Below are positions 13,170 to 24,700 of a stretch of 64,000 nucleotides of DNA, piece after piece. The number at the start of each line of letters is the position of its first letter. Position 1 is the stretch's first letter. The translations under genes and the position numbers were made by a program. The stretch comes from the human T2T-CHM13v2.0 reference genome, Homo sapiens. The DNA is taken from NCBI RefSeq assembly GCF_009914755.1, contig NC_060928.1; one strand, given 5' to 3'. Below the pieces are notes generated by a model, which saw only the letters and a list, made by a program, of their open reading frames with translations, searched no databases and was not told where the DNA came from.

Positions 13170-14973
13170 CCCTCTCTTCCTTGTACTTGCTTGGTATACA
13201 CATAACAGGTTTAAATCCAGTTCTGTACCTATTCCAGGCTTTCTTTCCCTTTCAGCTTACTGTGGCTGGAGAAAACACATACCACCCTAATGACTAATCT
13301 CACTCCACAACCATTCACAACATTGATCCTTCAAAAGGTCAGGCTCTCATACTATTCTCCCAGTTACCTAAATGGCTATTTTGTGTGTCCTCTTCCCTCT
13401 CCTCCTCCTCCTGTCCCCATCCTCCTCCTGTCCCCATCCTCCTCCAATCTTCACTTTCTGCTCATGTCTTTTTATTTTAATTCACTGAGAAAATGGAAGT
13501 AATAGTAGAAAACTTACACCTACCTACCAGCCCCATCCCCCTTATAACTCAGCATTCCTTCCCGTGACAGTAGATGACTCAGCCCTCGCCCCCTCTTGGA
13601 GGTGAGCTAACATCCTCATCTTCACTTGCTTATTAGAGAACATTACTCTGGCACTTCCCACCCCCTCCAAAATCCTTAATTCCCCCTCTCTAATAAGTCA
13701 GTCCCATCAGCATGCAAACATGTTGTTATTTCCACCACTTACCACCTGCAACAACCCCCTTTCCTTCCTCCCTTTTGGAGCAGGATTCTTAAAAACATTG
13801 CCTGCACTAGCATTTTAAAAACCTTTTCTTGCTACTTTCTTGTCAGCCATCCCAGGCAGGCTTCTGCCTCCATCTAACCCCTAAAAGTGCTATTGTCAGA
13901 GTCATCTGACATGACCTCCGGGTTGCCAAGCCCACTGGTCAGTGCTGAAACTGTGTCTTGCTTGGCCTGTCAGTGCATTTGATGTGTCCATCATTCCCTT
14001 TTGCTGGATATACTTCCCTTGACTGACTTCTAGAATATGATACTCTTCATTTTCCCCTTATTCAGTAGTCATTCCTTTTGATTTTTCTTTCCTGGTCCTT
14101 CTTTTATAATCCTTGACCTAATTAATACTGAAGTATCCCATGCTCAGGTTTTGGTCCTTTTCTCTACCTACATCACTCCCTCATGAGCACTCTGATGAGT
14201 TGCATATCTATTTCCAGTTCAGACACATTCCTGAACTCGAGATTTATGTATCCAATGGCATATTTGATATTTCCTTGTGCATATCTAATGAGCCTTTCAA
14301 ACTCAGCATGTCCAGAACTGAAACTCCTGACCTGTCCCCTCTCCTCAAGGCATCAGCTGTGTCCAAGGCTTGCTTTTTTCAGTTGATGTCAGCTCCATCT
14401 TCTCAGGTGTTCAGAGGAAAAGACTCAGAGTCATTCTCATTCTCTTTTTCCTCCTGTACCCTGCAATCTGTCTGGAAATTATATTAGTCCTGTCATAAAA
14501 AATGATTCCAGACTCTAACCACATGTATCTATCTCCACTGCTACCCCAAGCAGATTCAGGTCCTCCTCTCCTCCACCTTTCTGACCTCATCTCAGACTAC
14601 TCTTGCCCTTGCTCATTCCACTGGCTTCTTTTCTGTCCCTTAGACTCATAGCCACACAGTTGCCTCTGCCCTAGCTATTCCCTCTGCTTCAAATAGTCTT
14701 CACTGAGATACCACCGGGGCTCACACCCTTTCTATCTTTACCCTGACTACCCAAAATTTCAACCTCACCCTTCTTACCTTGTTTCCTTTTTCCTAGATAA
14801 TTTTTCACTCTCTAATAAAATACATAATTATAATAACTTATTTGTGCATTTTCTATATGGTTCATCTTTCTTTCTGAAATCAAGATTGTGTTCTGCCATC
14901 ATTGATGTATTCCAAGGTCATAAAAAATGCCTAGCCCATAATAAATATTCAGTGAATATTTACTAAATGAATC
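13170..14973 (+). mobile_element. LINE-2 3' portion
   Basis: Pyrimidine-rich L2 body (ctcaaactcagcatgtccagaactgaa-like motifs) ending ...cagtgaatatttactaaatgaat. Confidence 0.7.
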
Positions 14974-15609
14974 AAGGAAAGTGATGTTGTCTTATAGTCT
15001 CTATATTCTATTCAGTCTCGGCTTGTCTTTTCTAGTGGTTTGAATGAATGGATGATGCATTTAACCCAGAAAACCAATACTTGTAAATCTTTTATTCTTG
15101 TATGTTTAATTAATTTTAAATGTGTGATTAGACAAGTTAATAAGCAGAACAAAACATCAAGTATGTTAGATCATCTTTCCTCACTGGGAAGAACTATAAT
15201 ATTGGTATAGAATGTAAGATGTTTACAGTTATTTTCACAAGCAATGATTTGCTTGGGAAATAGCAACGGTGTGAGCCCCGACAGTATCTGGGTGAAGAAT
15301 ATTTGAAGCAGAAGGAAAATCTAGAGCAGAGGCAACTGTGTGACTACGAGTCTAAGGGACAGTTTTCACTCCAGAATGAAAACTATAGAGATGCCTGCCT
15401 GCGTTAACTTGCTCACCTCACTATGTATTTTCCCTGGGCAGTACCATCCTGCTAGGATTTCAGTGCTGCCATGAGTCAGCAGTCACCTTGCAGTGAGATC
15501 CAATCACAAGATTCCAAACAATTCCTACCCTGTGAGCTCCTTGAGGACAGGGCTGGGATTTAGTCTCTTTTATTTCACAGGCCCAGAGTTCTAGGATGGC
15601 AGAATGGTT

Positions 15610-16561
15610 TCGGGTGCCAGGCCCCACCTGGTTGCTCTCCATGGGCATACTGCCCAGGGCTGCCTTGGGACTTGGCTCCCTACATTTTGGTGCAGCAGTC
15701 TTCAGCCACCCCAACTATGGCTTAAGTGGCCCAAGCTGCAGCTTGACCCACTGCTTCACAAGATACAGGTGGTAAGCCTTGGTGAAATTCATGTAGTGTT
15801 AAGCCTGCAGTCTCACAGAATACAAGAGCTGAGGGGGCATGGCTTCCTCCACTTTGATTTCAAAAGATGATGCTGACTTATTTGGGGCACAGGCAGAGAC
15901 TTTGCACAGGGGTAGAACCACCACAGAGAGCCCCCAACAGGGCGGTGCCTCATGGAGCCAAGGAAATGGGGTTGCCACCAAAATCCTAGAATTATGGTTA
16001 ACAGTGTAGAGCTGCAGTCTGGAAAAGCTTCAGGCATGAGACTCCAACCCATGACAGCTGAAGAATAGGCTGAGCCTAGGAAAGCTATGGGAGCTGAGCT
16101 GCCTGAGGCCTTAGGGGTCCAACCCCCACCCAGTGTGCCCAGGATGCAGAATATGGAGTGAAAGGAAATTATTCTCCAACTTTAAGATTTAATATTGTTC
16201 TCCCTGTTGGGTTTTGGACTTGTTTCAGATGAGTTATCCCTCTTTTCTTGCCTATTTCCCCATTTTAGAATGGGAATGTCTCTTCTATACCTTCGCACAT
16301 TGTATTTTGGAAGCAGATAGCTTATTTTGATTTCACAGGCTCGTGGTTGCAGAACATTTGCCTTCAGGATGAAGTCTCACCCATATTTGATTTAGATAAG
16401 TATTACCTAGATAACTCGATTAACTAGATTTAGATAAGTATTAACTAACAGTATTAAGAGTTAATACTGGAGTGACTTTTGAGCCTACTAGGATGGAATG
16501 AATATATTTTGCATTGTATGAAGGATGTGAATTTGGCAGAGAGGGGAGGGTAGGTGCAGAA
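15610..16561 (+). mobile_element. MaLR (MST/THE1-type) internal sequence, 3' part
   Basis: Typical MaLR-int motifs (ggttttggacttg, gaatgggaatgt, tttgatttcacaggctc) and a purine-rich tract directly before the LTR. Confidence 0.75.
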
Positions 16562-16957
16562 TGCTATGGTTTGAATGCCTCCACCAAAACTCATGTTGAC
16601 ATTTAATTGTGAATGTGACAGTTTTAAGAAGTGGGATCTTTAACAGGTAATTAGGTATCTCTTTAGGCACTTTCATTAGACAGGGCCCTCATGAATGGAT
16701 TAATGCAGTTATGGAGGGAGTGAGTTTGTTATTGCATGAGTGGGCTCCTTATTAAAGGGTGATTTTGGCTCAGTTTCCTCTCTGTCTCATGTGCTTGCTT
16801 TCACTTCTACCCTTCTGCCACAGGATGACCCTTAGCAGATGTCAGTGCCATGCACTTGTACTTCCCAGCCTCCAGAACTGTGAGCCAAATGAGCTTGTGT
16901 CCCTTGTAAATTAAGTTTGTGGTGTTCTCTTATAGCAGCAGAAAATGGATTCAGGCA
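16562..16957 (+). mobile_element. MST-family MaLR LTR
   Basis: TGCTATGGTTTGAATG...cccagcctccagaactgtgagcc...gcagcagaaaatggattcaggCA. Confidence 0.85.
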
Positions 16958-16981
16958 GCAAGCAGAGCTATAAAATACTTC

Positions 16982-17279
16982 TTTTTTTTTTTTTTTGAGA
17001 TGGAGTTTCACTTTTGTTGCCCAGGCTGTAGTGCAAAGGCATGATCTCGGCTCACCACAACCTCTGTCTCCCGGGTTCAAGCAATTGTCTGGCCTCAGCC
17101 TCCCGAGTAGCTGGGATTACAGGCATGCACTATCATACCTGGCTGATTTTGTATTTTTTTGTAAAGACGGGGTTTCACCATGTTGGTCAGGCTGATCTCA
17201 AACTCCCGACATCAGGTGATCCTCCTGCCTCGGCCTCCCAAACTGCTGGGATTACAGGCACGAGCCACCACGCCCGGCC
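16982..17279 (-). mobile_element. AluS (Sq/Sp-like)
   Basis: Full dimeric Alu, antisense; TSD aatacttctttt on both sides. Confidence 0.95.
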
Positions 17280-18439
17280 AATACTTCTTTTCATCTACAC
17301 TGGCTTCCATTATCATGATTTTGTTAGATACTTTTGAGGACATTTTCTATTGCATTCCTCCATGTTTGGCAACCACACTCTATGGTGGAGTATTCTGGCT
17401 AAGCACTTAGTCTTCTTTTACTTATACCAGCAGGATGTAGTTGAGCAGGGTAGTGAAAATCCATTGTGACATTGTAAAGCCTCACTGCTATAAGAGGCCA
17501 GGAATGAAATTTTCATTGTTTACAAAAGTAGCTTCGTAAGGCCTAATTAAGAATTATATCACCCATGGCATTTCTCAATCCCAAGTCAATATTTTTTTTT
17601 TTTGAAAAATGTGGATTCAAGGATACCACAACTAAAAGGGATGTAGGGAATTTAAGAGGCTTTGGATGAAATGATGAAGATTACGGTAAAGTTTTATAAA
17701 AAATTTGAAGCACTGAGATAATATAGACAAAGGGAATAATTATAAAATGAGAGTGATAAGGAAGGTTTGCTTTAAATAAACCAATCAATGAGTGATTTAG
17801 ATCATATGTAACAGGAATATTAGATTTGATATGTTCTTGTGGACAAAAAGGTATTTCTATTGGATACACCTTTGTATCTTGCTTAATACCTAAATAAGTG
17901 TTAGCTTTTTCTTTCTATGAGTTATAGACAATACATTTTAAAGCAGCCATTTTTTATATTTCAGAAACATCTGAAAAGTATAATAATTTAATTCTTTGTG
18001 TTTATGGAACTTAATTCAGTGAATATTTATGTCATGGGTTGTGGCAGATTTTGGTTTTTTGTGGAAGAGGTCACCATGTATATACTATTTTGAAGGGCAG
18101 AAAATAGTTGTTTCTATTTTTGTATATTTTGGTTATAAACTGCTTTTAATGGCATGGAGTTGAATTTAGGGATGTTTAATCTTCATATTCTTCACTTGAT
18201 TTGAGTGAGAAAAAATAAAATTTTCTTGGTTATAAAATTCTCAAATGATTAACAATGGTTTCTTTAAAAGACTGAAGATACATATTCAGTGGCTGTAGAA
18301 ATGGCTACTGCTATTGTAAACTGGATTAACAATCAGTACTTCTACAAATCTAAGTATTTGTTTGTTTTTACTTTTTACTAGTATGACTCTGGAATTTTTC
18401 AATTCAGGGAAATAATAGAATAGAAAAGCTTTGCTAAGG

Positions 18440-18620
18440 CATTGTAATCAGACAGAACTGGCCTCAAATCCTGGCTGTCATGTACTTGCTATGGGCCTAG
18501 AGTAGCTTACCTAAATGCTACTAACCTTCCTCCATACCATTATTGTAAAGATTAAAGGTGATGCATCTGTTAAGTAACTAATAGAGTGCTTATTAAAAGG
18601 TAGGTGTTCAATAAGTATTA
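18440..18620 (+). mobile_element. MIR, just upstream of exon 3
   Basis: cagacagaactggcctcaaatcctggct...ttgtaaagattaaa...taggtgttcaataagtatta. Confidence 0.6.
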
Positions 18621-18708
18621 ATTCCCTCCCTTTCTTTTTCTTACTAGTGCACTTGTGTTTTTAATGGATCATACTTTACCCTAGATTGTATTGTAGGAGG
18701 CATCGTGG

Positions 18709-18780
18709 ATGGATGGCTGCTGGAAACCCCTTGCCATAGCCAGCTCTTCTTCAATACTTAAGGATTTACCGTGGCTTTGA
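18709..18780 (+). promoter_or_regulatory. uORF in exon 3 (MDGCWKPLAIASSSSILKDLPWL, 23 aa), in frame with the main ORF
   Basis: ATG at 18709, TGA at 18778-18780, 3 nt before the main ATG. IL15 is known to be repressed by multiple upstream AUGs. Confidence 0.7.
18713..18739 (+). promoter_or_regulatory. Nested out-of-frame uORF in exon 3 (MAAGNPLP)
   Basis: ATG at 18713, TAG at 18737-18739. Confidence 0.65.
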
Positions 18781-18783
18781 GTA

Positions 18784-18795
18784 ATGAGAATTTCG
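18784..18795 (+). CDS. IL15: IL15 coding exon 3 (MRIS)
   Basis: ATG AGA ATT TCG followed by donor gtaag; phase 0. Confidence 0.97.
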
Positions 18796-21700
18796 GTAAG
18801 AAAAAAAATAGATGAAAATATCCTATGGAATTTCCCTTAAAGGTCGTCTGAATCTCAGAGTCTTTGCAATAAGTTACATGGTTATTCTCCAAAGATCTTG
18901 AGATATCACAGATGTCTGTTCACATTTGGATTGTTCTTATTTTGAAAATAAATAGGTTTTTAAAAACTCTATTGACCATCTTGATAGGCTCTTCTTGTCA
19001 TTATAAATGTGTTATTTCACTTATCCCACTCTTTTGTGTTCTCTAAATGTCTTTGTACTCACTAAATTGTGTAGTCTTAGAGGGCAGGGTGTGGGTATCA
19101 TTCATCTTTTTGAAAGGAAGCATGAACAATTAGTGGTTAAGGTGGCAGTTAACACTGCTTTCTGAAACTTTAAAAGCTTCGACAACACAAAAGAGGCAGG
19201 TGAAAGTACCAAAACTCTGGTAAGTTGTAGGATAAATGATTTTCCTAAATCACCAAGAAAGATTATTAGTCACTCTCAAGATGGAATACAGTATCTGTAA
19301 TTGGTTCCATTTTATCCAATTTTTCACCAAATAATATTAATATAATTCATTTTCATAATTTACATGAAGTTAATATAACTATTGCATCTCTGTTAGTAAT
19401 GCATGTTATTAACCTGTGCTGTATAAAATATTTTGACCTATTAAAAAAGAAAGAAGGATGAGGAGGAGGTCAAAGATAATATAAAAACTTTAAGTGGTGA
19501 CATTGGTATGTATGTAAATTAACAAATATGTCAACTTTGTTAAATTATCTTTGACATGCATCTGCAGAAATATCTGTTAAGGAACTTTGTGCATAAGAGA
19601 CAGAGTTGGAGGTGGGAGAGAAAGTGAAAAAAGATAAATTATAGTTTTATTATTTTTGATAAGGGGCATTAATTATGAAATTATGACAAACTTACATCTT
19701 TAGACCTAAAAATATGTTGACATGTTATTTTAAACCTCACTTTTTAACTAAAAAATTTAACCATTTGTCTATGATTATATTTTTCAGAAACCACATTTGA
19801 GAAGTATTTCCATCCAGTGCTACTTGTGTTTACTTCTAAACAGTCATTTTCTAACTGAAGCTGGCATTCATGTCTTCATTTTGGGGTAATTTTATCTTTA
19901 GGCATAAATAACATTATGTTCATGGTCATGATGATTGTCCTTGGATATATTTTCCATTAAATTAGTTTACGTTCAGTTTGCTTATATCTCTAGGTACTCA
20001 GTATCTGGGGGATAGAAGGCAGACTACAGAGATTTAGAGAGGTTTGGTAAACACCTAACTGAGCATTTTTCTACATTGTGGTAATAGTCCAAACAAGCAT
20101 TATAGCCCTCAAATAAATTGGGCCTTTTGATATTTAACTGAACTTGGAAGTATACCACTTATTGATAGACTACATATTTTTCATGGCAATTAAAAGTAGA
20201 TATTTAGAATTTGCTTATGTTACTTTTTTATCTGTCCCTGACACTGACTCCTCCTATCCCTTGATCTTTATCCTAGTTCAGTTTAAAACATTTCTTTCTT
20301 TATTTAAGCCTTTTGTTGTTTCCTTCTAATAAAATTCATATGTTTCCATGACTATTAACTTTTTTCTTCTCTCTTAGATGCAGCTAATATACCCAGTTGG
20401 CCCAAAGCACCTAACCTATAGTTATATAATCTGACTCTCAGTTCAGTTTTACTCTACTAATGCCTTCATGGTATTGGGAACCATAGATTTGTGCAGGTAA
20501 TTCTTCATCATAAGACAGATTAGTGTTGACTATCATGCTTCTGTGTAAGATCCATCAGGAAGTGAGTGATTATTTTTCCTCAAGCTCTAAGCATCATTCC
20601 AATGTTACTTGGTCAGTATAAGTGTATTTTGTCTGGATATTAAATTTTAATTTTTATGAAATTTGTGAAAGTGAGTAAGTATATGATCATTCAGCCTACA
20701 CTGGAATGAAGTCTGTACTGTTTATGGAGAAAGCTGCTGCAAGCATAGTAAGAGTGTGAGCAACATGAAAGGGGCATGTTTAATGTAGTGTAAAAAAAAT
20801 TTACTATCAAAATCATTACATGAAAATGATTATTACTCATTTTAAGAATTTTACCTATTTATTAGACTTCAAAGTCTCTGTAAATCTCTACTTAAAGGAA
20901 ACTAGTAATTCATTCAAAATCATTTATTGAGCATTGCCACACATCTGGCACTGCTTCTATTTCATTGTGATAAATTGAGCCAGTTTATTTATAAAGTATG
21001 CCTACAGTTAGGCTTTTCTCTAATCCGGGTTGGTGAAGCCTCAAGTTATCATAAAATGCCAAAATTGTACTATATGCTCAATGTTTATGTTCAGTTACAA
21101 GGCTGTTGAATGCACAGAAGCAAGGATAACACTGATTTTTTCACTGGTCAGAATAAAAATTATTGATTGCTCTTTTGCTTATAGTATTCATCAAGATGAA
21201 TAGGCTCCTTCAAAATGCTTTGCTCTATGGTTTTTCTTTCAGCTGTTTCAGTGCAGGGCTTCCTAAAACAGAAGCCAACTGGGTGAATGTAATAAGTGAT
21301 TTGAAAAAAATTGAAGATCTTATTCAAGTGAGTACTCATTTTTCCATAAAATGCCTGGTATAACTGCTATGGAGTTTGTCTCTCTCTGTGTTTTTCTGTC
21401 TGTCTTAAGGAAACCACACTTGAAACAATAATATTTTTGTAGAAATTTATGATCTTATAAAGCTCAAAAAGAAGTCTTTTCCTTACTGTTTTAGAATCTA
21501 ATTATCTTTAAAACGTAATTTATAAGCGGCCCAGACGGATGAGTTCTAGTCTGCACAGGTGAGGTATTCTCTTCCTCTATCTGGAGAAGCCAGATATCTT
21601 GGTGGCACCTGCAGGGAGAATGGCTTGACCCAGGGAACAGCTGTTGTTGCTTGTGGACTAAAGGCCCTCTTCTCCCACCTCAAGAAAACAGGTGGCCTGA

Positions 21701-24700
21701 CCTAAGGAAGTGATTTTTGCCATAGCAGGTAATACCAGCTTCAGTGGAAGTCTCGATGGCACCAAGCATACCAAAATAGCACCACAAAGTTCTGAAAACT
21801 AAATTGTCATTGGAATCACAGCATTAAAAAATAGGTTAGAACTTGCATGCTAAATCCAAACAACCTGACTGCATGTTAAAATAGAAGATTTAAATAGGAC
21901 CAGAGTGTCCTAACATAATAGACATGAAGCCAAGATACAATTGGAAATCACCCATTGTAACAAGAAATAGGAAAGTTACAACTTAAATGAGAAAATATAG
22001 TCAACAGATTACAAAATTGAAGTGGATCAGATGTTGGAATTCTCTGACATAGATTTGAAAGCAGACATTATAAAAAGTGCTTGAAAAAGCAATTACAAAT
22101 GCCCTTGAAGCAAATGAAAAACTAAATGCCTTAACAAAGAAATAGAAGATATGAAAGGAACCATATAGAAATTATATAACTGAAAATATAACTGAAATAT
22201 AAAGCAAACTGTAAAGGCTCATTAGCAGAATGAATGACAGAGGAATGATAGTTAATTTGACAACAGAATACTAGAGAGACAGTTGACTTAAGAAAAAAAA
22301 AGCATCACTGATCTTGACGACAGTAACAAAAGATTCAGCATTCCTATGGTTAGTATCACAGGAGAGTATGAGAATACACCAAGTAAAAGAGAGAGATTGG
22401 TTGAATTCATAACAAAACACCACCCATCTATACTATCTATAAGCAGTTCACTTCTAGTACAATGACATACATAGGTTGAAATTTAAAAAGACAGAAAAAG
22501 ATATAGCATACTATAATGGGTTGAATAGTGTCCCCCCAAATTTCACATCCTCTTGGAACCTTAAAATGTGATCTTATTTTGAAATAATATCTTTGCAAAT
22601 ATAATTAATGAAATTAAGATGAGATCATACTAGAGTAGGGGGGGCCCTAAATCCAATGACAAGTGTCTTTATTAGAAAAGGAAAGGACACAGAGTAACTC
22701 ACTGGGAAGAAAGCCATGTGAAGACAGAGGAAGAGATCAGAGTGATGCGGCTATAAGCCAAGGAAGGCCAGAGATTGCCAGGATCCACCAGAACCTTGGG
22801 GAAGTCAAGAAAGCATTCTTCTCTAGACCCCTCAGAAGGAACATGGCCCTACCAACACCTTGACTTTGGACTTCCAGTCTCCAGAACTGTAAATGAATAG
22901 ATTTCTGTTGTTTTAAACCACCCACCTTGTGGTAGTTTATTACAGCAGCTCTAGACTGATACACATGCATACATTAATTATAAAAAGCAGAAGTGGCTAT
23001 ATTAACATCAAAGTTAATGTTATTAACATAAAGTAGACTTCACAGAAAATAAAGTTGCTATAATCCAGAGGGATATTACAAAATGATAAAAAATAAATCT
23101 GTGAGGAAAACATAATGTTCTTAAATGTATACACATCAAACAACGAAGACTCAAAATTTGTGAAACAAAAAATAATAGGGATAAAAGAGAAATAGACAAA
23201 TCCACAATTATTCTTGAGGACTTCACTGCCTCCTCCTCAGTAACTAATGGAAGTACTAGACAGAAAATCAGAAAGGGCATAAAAATACAATATAACCAAC
23301 CAACAGGATCTAATTTAATACATAGAGCACTACACCCAACAACAGCAGAATATACTTTCTTTTATCAAGACTAAATATATACTGAGCCATAAAAGAAACT
23401 TTAAAAATTTTTTCAGAACTTAAATCATGCAGAATTTGTTCTCAAACCACAATGGAATCAAACCAGAAATCAAGAAATTAAATACAACGGGCAAATCTCC
23501 AAATGCTTGGAAATTAAATACTATACCTCTATATAATCCATGGGTCAAAGAGTAAATCTCAAAGGATATTCATAATACATAGAATGAAAAAAAATGAAAT
23601 ACAGCATATCAAGATATATGTGATGTGGCTAAAGCAATACTGACAGGACATTTTTTAAAATCAAATGAATACATTAGAAAAAAAGGAGAATTATCAAATC
23701 AAAAATCTAAGTTACTGCTTCAAGAAACTAGAAGAAGTAGAGCAAAACAAATTCAATACAAGCAGAACAAAGAAAATATTTAAATATAAGAGCCAAAGTT
23801 AATGAAGTTGAAATCAAGAAAACAATAGAAAAAATTAATGAAACATAAAACTGGTTATTTGGAAAATCAATACAATTGATCTTTAATTGACAGAAATAAG
23901 AAGAGAGAAGACACAAATCTCAGGAATGAAATTTGGGGCTGTCACTACAGAATCTGCAGTCATTAGAAGGATAATAAGAAAAACTATGAACAATTTTATG
24001 CTCACAAATCTGATAACTTAGAGGAAATGGACCAATTCTTCAGAAACCACAAACTACCAAAACATAATGAAGATGAAATAGACAATCCAAACACTCATAT
24101 AATCACTAAATACATTGAATTCATCATACACAAGCTCCCAAAAAGGGACCTTCAAGCCTGCTGGTTACACTGAATCATTCTATCAAATATTTACAGAAGC
24201 ATTAACAACAATTGTACAGTCTCTTCTAGAAAATAGAAGAGGAAGGAACATTTTCCAGTTGATTTTAGGAGGCCAGTATTACTGTGATGCTAAAACCAAA
24301 TAAAGATATTACTAAAAAAGACAACTACAAAAATATCTCCCATTAACTTAGATATTAAAATGCTCTATAAAATATTAACAAATCAAATTCAGCAATGTAT
24401 AAAAAGAATTATACACCATGACCGAGTGAGATTTATTTCAGGTACACAAGTCTTGCTCAATTATTTGAAAGTCAAGCAATGTAATCTACCCTATCAACAG
24501 GCTAAAGAAGAAAATCATATGTAGAAAAGGTATCTGATAAAATGCAACACCTCTCATGGCCTGTGTCCCTCCCTATGCCTCCTGGATTTATATGTTGAAG
24601 TACTAATTGCCAGTATATCAAAATGTGACTGTATTTTGAGATAGGGTCAGTTAAAATGAGGTCATGAGGGCAGGTCCTACTGCAATATGACTGGTATCTT

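Larger units (their letters stand above)
18685..18783 (+). other. IL15: IL15 exon 3, 5' UTR portion (99 nt)
   Basis: Acceptor ttaccctag|ATTGTATTGTAGG. Sequence up to GAGTA-ATG matches the recalled IL15 mRNA leader. Confidence 0.85.

Noticed and set aside
13412-13446. 17-nt tandem duplication cctcctcctgtccccat as a G-quadruplex on the minus strand
   Set aside because: Mostly GG runs with only two or three longer G tracts, inside an L2 remnant; a simple slippage duplication explains it.
16832-17410. Alu-derived ORFs (also near 40758, 42186, 50277-50625, 54817 and 63365-63837)
   Set aside because: Standard Alu translation artefacts.
21163-21363. ORF-track entry as a stand-alone 66-aa gene
   Set aside because: It is IL15 exon 5 plus flanking intron. 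The listed start is TTG; the real in-frame ATG at 21196 is treated as a finding.
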